Assembly (NCBI RefSeq): GCF_018350175.1 | Contig: NC_058383.1 | Span: 4,900,001-4,964,000, forward strand | DNA: 64,000 nt | Direction of reading: 5' to 3' | Origin: Felis catus | Taxonomy: Eukaryota | The notes under the pieces: generated by a model | Database searches by the model: none | Told to the model about the DNA's origin: nothing | Seen by the model: the letters and a program-made list of their open reading frames with translations, nothing else | Part shown: positions 12,414 through 22,244 of the stretch, piece after piece | Position numbering within the stretch: the stretch's first letter is position 1 | Layout: each line of letters starts with the position of its first letter | Made by a program: the position numbers and the translations under genes

Positions 12414-12523
12414 CACAGAATCTGAACCAGGCCCCAGGCTCCGAGCTGTCAGGACAGAGCCTGATGCGGGGCTCAAATTCACAAACTGCGAGATCATGAC
12501 CTGAGCCAAAGTCAGGTGCCCCC
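11527..12523. mobile_element. Three Can-SINEs: + 11527-11705, + 11805-12020, - 12290-12523 with a (TTTA)n tail
   Basis: TSDs AAAAACAATGTGATTT and ATGTCTAATGGGGT are visible; canonical bodies. Confidence 0.9.
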
Positions 12524-13270
12524 CAAACTGTTTTTTTAAAGTGCTGCTTTTGAGGACTGGCTGTAGTGGCAGGTTCCCACCCTTCTGTCGTTGCATCCAG
12601 CATCCACAGCAACATTTTTATGGTTGTATGACGAATCTAAGAGGTGGAATTTTTTTAAATGTTAACATGTTCAAGAAATGCTGCCCTTGCAAAGTAAGCC
12701 ACCTTGGGAGGCCCTTCCACTGCCCCCGGGGGTTACTGCTCAGACTGTTACCTGAAGCAGTGCACCTAACTGGGTTCCTCATCTGCTTAATCGGGTTAGA
12801 TTCCAACACCATCCCCTGAAGGATTTGTCACCATGAGATACATTGTTTTAAAGTGGAAAGAAAGATGCTAAAGGTAGCAGACCAGTTATAACACTAACAG
12901 CGGAATTAGTGAAATTATTCCCGTCTAAAGTCTTTGAGAAATATAATGTTCATTTGAACAGTACACATCCTGGTATATTGGTGCTGGCATAATTAAGGCA
13001 CTTTTCGTAGTTACCTGGCATGATAAGACTGCAGAGTGGTTAGAACCTCCCCGGAGGAGCGTGTTCAAAGATGTTAACTGGAAAAGAAAACAAAAAGAAT
13101 GTTAAGTGAAAGGAAAAGTACAGCAGCTCTCCTTGACGGAGTCCTCCCAGACGTGAGCCACTGACCCTGGTGCCCACTCCCCGTGTGCGCACTTCCTGCA
13201 GTGTTCTCCGCAGGAAACAGCCAGCTCCTCTCACAGACACTTTGCTAACACTCTCCTTTTGTTTCTTTAG

Positions 13271-13371
13271 GTATTTCTGGAAAAAGCCAGCTTCTCTTTG
13301 CACTGGTCTTCACAACTCGTTACCTGGATCTTTTTACTTCATTTATTTCATTATATAATACATCTATGAAG
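13271..13371 (+). CDS. KDELR2: KDELR2 coding exon 2 (101 nt)
   Basis: TTTCTTTAG| (G)[39 protein letters not shown]. Confidence 0.98.
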
Positions 13372-14030
13372 GTATGGTATGACAGCCAACAGAATGCATT
13401 TTATCCATGGTTCACAGGCTGATGGAAGCTATGAAGTTTGGGCCAGTGGCGTGCTTAAACGTCTTCTAGAGGGATGTCTAAACATGCTGTTCTCAACGTA
13501 AGCACTTTCAGACCACCTTGTATGTAGAAGTGGGAGTAGTGTTATCATCAAGCATATTTTCTGTTTCAAAGCAGAATCTATTTAATTGAAGTGCTTCGCA
13601 CTTAGAGATTTTTTAATCTTAAATTCCTTGAGCATGATAAACTTCTAAAGCTCTTGATAACCCTGTGAGAAAGAGGGGTGACTATTATGTTTTCAAGCAG
13701 TGGGAAATTACAGACTCCCTGGGAAACCCAGCAGGTTGGTTCAGAACTAGAAATGAAAGCCACCAGCGCTCCTCGCTGCGGTGCCTGTTTTGCTGTTGTG
13801 CGAGGGATTGTGTGCAGGCTTCTACTTTTTTTTTCCTGTTAAATCCATGTTTTATAAACTTCTTTATGGGCCATCTTTATTGCTTTTGCCATGCCTAAAT
13901 AACATCCGTACCATCATTTACTTAGTGTGTTCTTGAAACCTTTTACCTTGTCCTAAGCATTAGTATCCATGGCGTTAGTGTCGTTATCCACTTGAAAAAA
14001 AAATGTGTAGTTATTAAAATGCAGAATGTT

Positions 14031-14250
14031 GGGGCGCCTGGGTGGCTCAGTCGGTTAAACGTCCGACTTTGGCTCAGGTCATGATCTCACGGTCCGTGAG
14101 TTCGAGCCCCGCGTCGGACTCTGTGCTGACAGCTCAGAGCCTGAAGCCTGCTTCAGATTCTGTGTCTCCCTCTCTCTCTGACCCTCCCCTGTTCATGCTC
14201 TGTCTCTCTCTGTCTCAAAAATAAATAAACATTAAAAAAAAAAATTAAAA
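14031..14250 (+). mobile_element. Young Can-SINE with perfect 18-bp TSD
   Basis: ATTAAAATGCAGAATGTT at 14013-14030 and 14244-14261; CpGs retained. Confidence 0.95.
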
Positions 14251-14982
14251 TGCAGAATGTTTGTGGACCTTTGGGGGTGCACGTGTTTCACTTGCAGAGG
14301 CCTCGGTTCCACACAGCCATGGAACTTACACTTCCTGAACACCCACAGCACTGGCCCTCCCCTAGCGCTGAGGACAGGGCAGAAGCTAAGAAGGAAGGCC
14401 TACTGTCTAGTTGGGAAGGGTAGACCGATCATCCCAGCACCAAATGAATGACTGCAGTTTGGGATGGGTACTGGGAAGGAGAAGTATGGGGCTCTCACCT
14501 TGTGCAGGAGGAGTCTCATTTCTTCCCTCATTCATTCTGCGTAGCTTACTGAGCACCTGTGTGCGGGGCCCTGTTGTCAGCGCTTGTCGGCACACCCGAG
14601 GAAGCAGCGTTTAAGCTGAAGCCTGTTGTGGCACTTGAAAAACATTTTTTGTAAACACACGTAGGGGAGACAAAGAAGTATTTGGACCTGAGGTCTTTGC
14701 AAAAAAGCAACTTTGAGTTACCTGTAATCATTCCATTCTTCATTACTAGGTGATGGGAGCCTCGTCATCAGGAAATAGTTTGCTTACTTAAAATGGCTAG
14801 GTCCCTGCCTGTTGTCCAGGCAAGTTAAAGCTGCAGGTATTAGAAGCGTGTGAGCAAGAATTTTCCTCCATTCCCCTCAGGATACCTAGCTTTGGAGGGC
14901 TCCTTCTTGTTTGATTCTAGTTTCCAGGTATGTCCTGAAAATCAGAGATGTGAGGGCCAAGTTTTATGTTCTCATGGCTTTG

Positions 14983-15180
14983 GCTTTATTTACATTTATT
15001 TTGAGAGAGAGCACAGGAGTGGGGCAGAGAGAGGGAGGTGGGGGGGAGAGAGAATCCTAAGCAGGCTTTGAGCTGTCAGCATGGAACCTGATGCAGGGCT
15101 CGATCCCATGACCGTGAGATCATGACCTGAGGCGAAATCAGGAGTCCGACGCTTAACCGACTGAGCTGCCCGGGCGCCCC
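14983..15180 (-). mobile_element. Can-SINE
   Basis: Canonical antisense body; degenerate TSD CTCATGGCTTT / CTCATTGCTTT. Confidence 0.9.
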
Positions 15181-16189
15181 TCATTGCTTTCACTTTAAAA
15201 GCCAAGCATTGGTGAGAGGAGACAACAGCTGCTTTCCCTAGTGGCCACCGAAGCCTTTGCGGACATGATCTTGGCTGGCGGAAGGCCGGGTGCTGAGGAG
15301 GGAACTTGACATAACTTGGTTGGATGTTCTGCTGGCGGGGACTCTCTGTATAAATGTATATATATTTTGTTGATACATGTAGATGATATGTTATTTTATT
15401 CATATATGCACACATACACACATTTGTATGTGGAGAGAACTCCTCACAATATAAGTAAGATATTAATCTTCCTTGATTTTTTTTTTTTTTGGTAGTTTGG
15501 TATATGGGTATGACCAATTTTAATACCTTGTTGGCTATTTGCAAATATAATTTCATGATGAGGTGCTGGGGACAGTTTAGTGTCTTTGTTTCGTTGTTAA
15601 GCATATGACGGGGTTTGATGATTGCTCTCCTTTTCCTGTTAAGTCCTTTGCCCAGATGTTTCCTCATTAGGTTTCACCAGGTGGTATTCCCAGGGATAAG
15701 GAGTCCCAGGCAGTGTAGTTGGTACCCCAGTCGTTCCTGTCCATAAGCTAAACCTGCCCTGGTTCTTGGGCCTAAAATTCCACATCCCGAAAATTGCTGT
15801 AATTTCAAAATATCAGACTTTTCCTTTGGGTTGGATGAATATATGGTGTTTGGCCTTTTGAACGTGGAAGAACATAACTGGGTTGTAAGCCTTTGAACAG
15901 CTGCACCTCTATGGGAGCTCCCTTATCGCAGGCAGCTTTTGGTTTTGCTTTTGTTATGTTACCAGACAAAATTTCATAGAAATGATCTGACTTTTCTGTG
16001 TTAAAGTAACACACTGTCAGCACAAATGGTCATTGTAAAGTCAAATGTGAGTTACATGGTATCTTATCTTTACACAAGCACTGGCGGAGGGGGTGTGTGC
16101 TAGTTTTGAACTGCATGGAGTGAACTTTGTGTTCGTTTTTTTTCTTAAGCTGCTATCTAATAGTTTGAAGTGAGATTAAAAATACACGC

Positions 16190-17045
16190 TTGGCGGTTTC
16201 TTACAAAGTTAAATGTACACTTTTAACATAAGATCAGCAATCCCATTCCTAGGTATTTACCCAAGAGTAATGAAAACTTAGTTTCATACAGATGCCTGTA
16301 CGTACATGCCCCTAGCAACTGTATCTCCCGTCCATCAAGCTGGACACGACCCACCTGTCCTGTAACTCGTGCATGGACGGACAGACTGTGGTAACACGCA
16401 CGCAGTGAGCCGCTCCTGGGCAGCAGAAGAGAGCCGTGGTTACTACACGCGGTGGCATGGTTGGATCAAGAAGGCATTAGCTGCGTGAAAGAAGCGGAGA
16501 CATACCATATGATTCCATTTATGTGGCATTCTGGAAAAGGCAAAAACTATGGCAACCAAAAATAGATCAGTTATTAAAAAAAAAAAAAGAAAGAAAGAGG
16601 GGCGCCTGGGTGGCACAGTCGGTTAAGCGTCCGACTTCAGCCAGGTCACGATCTCGCAGTCCGTGAGTTCGAACACCGTGTCAGGCTCTGGGCTGATGGC
16701 TCGGCGGAGCCTGGAGCCTGTTTCTGATTCTGTGTCTCCCTCTCTCTCTGCCCCTCCCCCGTTCATGCTCTGTCTCTCTCTGTCCCAAAAATAAATAAAC
16801 GTTGAAAAAAAAATTAAAAAAAAAAAAAGAAAGAAAGAAAGAACAGATCAGTTATCGCCAGAGGTTGGGCCTGAGGGGGGAGGGCTTGACTCCAAAGGCG
16901 CGGCATGAGGGGGTTTTGGGGGGTCACAAGATAGAACTACTCTGTGTCTTGATCATGGTGGTGGTTATATGACTCATAGAAGTATACACCCCCAAAAAAT
17001 GAAGTTTATTGTCTTTAAGCATCAAAATAAAAAAGCTAAAGAAAT
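16190..17045 (+). mobile_element. Old L1M 3' fragment interrupted by a felid SINE
   Basis: CAGCAATCCCATTCCTAGGTATTTACCCAAGAG...ATATGATTCCATTTATGTGGCATTCTGGAAAAGGCAAAA...TCTTGATCATGGTGGTGGTTA. Confidence 0.75.
16599..16838 (+). mobile_element. Young felid SINE (SINEC_Fc-type)
   Basis: Diagnostic GACTTCAGCCAGGTCACGATCTC and GGGCTGATGGCTC; 25-nt direct repeat at 16574-16598 and 16814-16838. Confidence 0.92.
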
Positions 17046-17144
17046 AAATCTTGCCTTTCTGAGCATACGAATGATGTAGAAGGAAGCCAAGGGAGTTGGA
17101 ACCGCCGTGAAGTATCCGTGACTTGGTGCTTTTCTCGTTCTTAG

Positions 17145-17303
17145 CTCATCTATATCGCCTGCTCCTACGCCACGGTGTACCTGATCTACATGAAATTCAA
17201 GGCGACCTACGATGGAAACCATGATACCTTCCGAGTGGAGTTCCTGGTGGTCCCCGTGGGAGGTCTCTCCTTTCTAGTCAATCACGATTTCTCTCCTCTT
17301 GAG
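17145..17303 (+). CDS. KDELR2: KDELR2 coding exon 3 (159 nt)
   Basis: TTCTTAG| LIYIACSYATVYLIYMKFKATYDGNHDTFRVEFLVVPVGGLSFLVNHDFSPLE |GTGAGT. Confidence 0.98.
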
Positions 17304-18377
17304 GTGAGTCAGGGGGCTAGTTAGTGGGCATGTCTCCTTCCCCAGGGAAATAGCCGTGTTTGCAGATAACGTGGGACGGTTCTGTTTTGCTTGTGTCTTC
17401 TGTTTGGCAAGCTTCTGGGGCAGCATATACTATTTGGTGTAAATAAGTCACAGACGGGAATAAAGCCCCCAGGTATTTGGGTGTCTGCTGATGGATTATT
17501 GCCAGATTCTCCCCTAGAACATAAAGTAGGCGTCTGCAGTAGTGAGCGCAGTGCCTTGCCTGTCCGAGTGCTGGAAGAACGTGGTCTTCTCTCCACTCTG
17601 ACCCAGCTTTTGTTTCCTCTTCACGTAAGGGTGTCGTGCATGGATACCACGTGCGAATCCCCTCAGCAGCCTTGCTGCGCTCTGGCGTTCAGGGGGAGTG
17701 GTTGGCATGGCGCCCTGCGCTGCACAGAGCCGTGCCTGCTCCTAGGTGCCTCGCCCTTCCCTTCGTGTCTTGGGGAAACTGCCGCTCATGGATTCAGACA
17801 CTCAGGGCTCCCCGCGAGGCCTTCTGTCGTCGGCATGAATAAAGTGCCGTGTGGGGCAGAGAGTTTGCATAATTACAATTCCCATTACTTGCCCCTTTGA
17901 TTTAGCCACACCGAAAAAGCCTAAAGAATAAGAAAGATGATGAGAATCTTGAGATCCTCTGGGAAGGAGACCAGGCGGTGAGGCAGACCAGCAGTGGGAA
18001 AGGGGTGGCCCCGGCTGTCAGCGTCGTGCGCCCCGGCAGAGAGCAGCGTTCACTCGGGAGCCTAGATTCGCAGTGGGTCAGGCTTATCCGGGAGAAACGT
18101 GTCTGTAGATTCACAGAAAATTGTACAGGGAAGGAGATGTTGGAGAGACGAGGTCATGAAAATTCACACCGGCCGAGGCGTCCATTTACCCAGCCTGTCA
18201 TTGGGAGTGTCGTGCCTCTTAAACGTAGCTAAAGTTTCTGTGATTTATCAAACTGCTAAGCTACTCTGTTTGTGCTCAGATGCCCAGACTGCTGTTTGAG
18301 CTGCTCCACGATAAAGCAAGAGTATTTCCCGTGAGCTCACGGTGGGTACTGACCGAAGCTTGTGGTTTCTCTTACAG

Positions 18378-18630
18378 ATTTTGTGGACCTTCTCCATCTA
18401 CCTGGAATCCGTGGCTATCCTTCCCCAGCTCTTCATGATCAGCAAGACAGGGGAGGCGGAGACCATCACCACCCACTACCTGTTCTTCCTGGGCCTCTAC
18501 CGCGCTCTCTATCTCGTCAACTGGATCTGGCGCTTCTACTTCGAGGGCTTCTTTGACCTCATCGCTGTGGTGGCCGGCGTCGTCCAGACCATTCTGTACT
18601 GCGACTTCTTCTACTTGTACATCACAAAAG
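18378..18630 (+). CDS. KDELR2: KDELR2 coding exon 4 (253 nt)
   Basis: [56 protein letters not shown]...[21 protein letters not shown]2 signature [10 protein letters not shown]. Confidence 0.98.
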
Positions 18631-19803
18631 GTACCTCGGGCTACGTGCTCCCCGCCCTGTTCCTCCCGCCGCGTGTTTTCAGGAGCGACCTGGCCCAGCA
18701 CGCTCCTAATCTGGCGCTCGCTCCAAAAGCACAGCTCGTTTCAGAAAAACATTTTAACGACCATCAAATAAAATTCTGGATCGAGGTTTTCAGCCTTTTT
18801 TCTTTTCCGAGCTTTATTGTTTTTCTGTGACAGCATGTTTTTATTGTAAAAAATTGAATTAGCTTTCATCATTCTGAAAACAGTCACCTGAAACCCTAGC
18901 ACTCAGAGATAGTTGCTGTTAATGTTTCGGGAAATGTAATTCCTGATGTGTCTATGTGTATACACAGATGGCGGACTTTTAAAATATACGTGCTATTCTG
19001 TAATCTGGGTTTTCTTCCCCACTTACATGTTTTCAAGTCAGTAGATAGAAATCTACGTAGTTTTCAGTAGCCATAGACTATTTCATTATGTGTATTACCA
19101 TAATTTACTTACTCAGCCCCCTGTTCGTGGGTATTCAGGCTGTTACTCATTAGCTGCTATTAAAATCCAGTGCTTAATCGGTATCCTTGTATATATACAT
19201 TGCCCCATTTATGTGAATATAGGACATGCAAACGTCACAGTAATCTGATGGGGGAAGAAAAGACATATTTATGCATGTGCACACAGATGTAAGCATATAG
19301 TTTTAGGGGATTCAGGAACCCCTGAAACGCAGCCACTGACCCAGGCTAAGAACCCTTGCTAAACAGCTATACGGTATGATTCCTAATGGCTAGATATAAG
19401 AGCACATAAATCTTCTCTCTTTTTTAACCTCCAATATTTCATAGGCTTTTGTCCATAGTAACAGTTACATTTTAATGTATGTTGAATCAGGTGAGAAAGT
19501 CATAAAACGCTGCTGTGAATTTGGTGACAATTTCAATCGAATGTGTTTCTTAAATTCACTTGCTGTGGCATTGAGGTACATGAAGAAATTTCGAGTGTAT
19601 GTGTGCATGACATATTCATAGCTCAGAGGGTTCTGTTTATTGACACCAAAATCAAATGGTTGTTGGCGCCAAAAGCTTGTCTCCTTGGACCTTATTCTGT
19701 AGTGTCTTGAGTGTGACAGGCCTCTGGGAACGGGAAAAAGGAAACTGTAAGCCTATCAATAGCAGTAACCTTTTGTTTTCTCTTCCTCTCTTTAAAATCC
19801 TAG

Positions 19804-19838
19804 TACTCAAGGGAAAGAAGCTCAGTCTGCCAGCGTGA
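19804..19838 (+). CDS. KDELR2: KDELR2 coding exon 5 (35 nt, includes stop)
   Basis: CCTAG| (V)LKGKKLSLPA TGA; exons sum to 639 nt = 212 aa. Confidence 0.97.
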
Positions 19839-21885
19839 GTGCCAAAGACCACCACCAGCATCTGTCCCTCAGGGTGCTCGGACAGAGTTCTTACCACAGC
19901 AAAGGCACAAGATGCTTGATACGGAAAATCAGAAACTTAACTCTTTTGTTCAGATAGTCATCAGTGGCTCTGTAGGAACCCCGAGGAAAAGAGCCAGAAG
20001 GTTTCTGTTTAATGCATCTTGCCTTATCTTTTTTTATTACTATGTACAAAGATTTTTTTACACAAAGGAACTTAATGCTGTATTAATAAATTCAGTGTGT
20101 AGCTTCAATTGGGGTAGTTCCAAAAGTGAAGATTTTGTGAGGAATAAGTGCAACCTTTTTTTTTTTTAATTCTTTGAAATTGTTGATTCTTTGTGTCTGC
20201 AATGAAATTGTACTCCCTTGACAGTTGGTAGATTATATATTCTTCCATCTATCAAACTTGCATTCCACTATATTTATTTTTTGCCAAAAGATGAGTTATA
20301 TTTGTTTGAAATCTGAGACACTATGTTGAATTTGGTATATCTGTTCAAATTTCTTCCCACCTAACGTGGACATCGTTCCTCGGACATGACAACACTACAC
20401 GTAAGGCCGGTAAGGATGGCTTGCAAGTCTTCTGGTTTTCATTACCAAAATTTTAAGATTCTGAACGTAGAAGGAGTCAGGTTTAAGAGTCCCCAGTGGT
20501 GCCCGCCCTCTTCTCCTGCTAAGAAGAGTCAGTGTGAGACCGTCCCCAGGATGTCGAAGAACTTGGTGGACAGGGGTTCTAGGCCACTTGCCACCCAGGT
20601 GTGGGATGTGAGGGACGTTGATTATGTCCTCTGAGGAACGGAACCCAAGCAGTCACCTGTCACCTTTATTTTCACTTTCAAAAGATTACTACAACCATGT
20701 CCATGCTCAGATTCACACGGTTTTTCGTATCACTTTCGGGTAGTAAATTGATTTACGTTTTTTTCTTAACTGGCAGCACCAATTGCCATTCCTTATACTC
20801 TTTAGATTTTTTTTGTTTTTGTTTTGTTTTTACTGAGCTCTTGCATGATTTATCTTGTTACCATCCTAAATAAACATCTTATTAAACATAGAACAAATTG
20901 TCTTTTTTTTTTTTTTTTTTTTTTTTGTGAATTAGGCTTTTGGACTATTCTATGTCAGGATGACTTTTTTCATTTTTTGATTGGCTACAAAAGCTCAATA
21001 TAGGGCCATAAACATTTACTGTCCACTAATGAATCTAAAACTATCTGTATTTTGAGGAAAAATTGGAGTTTTTCCTCCTGATTTTGCTGTTTTATTGACC
21101 TGCTACATTTTTTTGATTTTATGCAAAAGCGTATGACTTTGTTTTTATGTGATGCACCATAAAATGTTGAAGTGTTGAATACTAACAGTGCTTACTACAG
21201 GATGTAGTATTTTTGCTTGCTGCATTAAAATAGTTTGTGGAAGAAGGGAGCTAGATGGGTTTTATTTTTATCTAGTGTGTCTCTTACCCTCTTTCTGAAC
21301 TGGCAGTGTAACTGCGTAGTTTAACCTCTTGTCTTTCTCTCTCATCTCGCTCCCTGCCCTCCATGCCTCATGGTTTTGCTTTGGTGTATCCGTATGTTTC
21401 TAGCGTTCTAGTCTTGGTTTAGTTTGTTTTCATCCTCCCTGGAAGATTCTGAGAGCACGGAGGAAGGGTGGGAAATTGCCACAGAAGTGGAGCAGACTGC
21501 TTGCTGCCCACACTGGGGGTGGGTGGGTGGGAGGCTCACACTGTTTTTGTGCATGTAAATCAAACACGAGCTGGGACCACTTGGGGGAGAGCATAGTGCA
21601 GACGACAAGATCTGGGACCTCAGCAGGCCGCCTGGCTTGGGAAGTATCAACGCCTTCTCTAGTCACTGTGCCCACGTAAAAATAAAGCCGGCCAAGATGG
21701 GACCACCATTTTGTGGCCAACCAGGATGACATCTTCATAAATAGGGTGGCTGAGTGGGAGTACGGGACTGGGGCCGCGTCTCCGCACACATAGGAAACGA
21801 AGGCCTTGTATGATGCGCTTTATAAAGCACTGTTTCAGAGTCCCTTTCACGTCTCCAATAAAGGTTATCAGGTAATTATATTTTT
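19839..21885 (+). other. KDELR2: KDELR2 3' UTR with tandem poly(A) signals
   Basis: Repeat-free AU-rich sequence; AATAAA at 20085-20090, 20869-20874 (plus ATTAAA 20881-20886 and a T-tract) and 21857-21862. Confidence 0.7.
21857..21862 (+). terminator. KDELR2: Probable distal polyadenylation signal of KDELR2
   Basis: AATAAA followed about 30 nt later by GU/U-rich GGTGTTTTATTTGTGTGAATTTGTTTT. Confidence 0.65.
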
Positions 21886-22244
21886 TATCCAGGTGTTTTA
21901 TTTGTGTGAATTTGTTTTAAAAGTGAAAGCATGAGAAATCCAGCAAAGTTAACCAGTTTGCCCACTGAGTGATCATTCTGTGAAAAGCTGCTGGCTGTTT
22001 ACAGGTGCTAATCCGTTCCCTGGTCCAGTTCAGCCGCTGTCAGAGTAACGTGTCCTGCTTCCTTGCAGTCTGGTCACGAGGGAAGTAAGTAGGTAGAGAA
22101 AAGGTTGGGGGGGGGGGAGGGGAAGGTTGCAGGTGGAAACCCTTGGGAGAAGATCCAGTCCAGTTTTTCCTAAGATGCCACTAGGTTGGATGACTCCCTG
22201 GAAAGGTCAAGCACAGATTTCCTTTCAATAGAAATCACAAGTGA

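Noticed and set aside
14996..15667. 223-aa minus-strand ORF
   Set aside because: C-terminal part is translated Can-SINE, the rest is low-complexity AT-rich intron; no recognisable domain
18372..18701. Antisense ORF over KDELR2 exon 4
   Set aside because: Shadow of a GC3-rich coding exon
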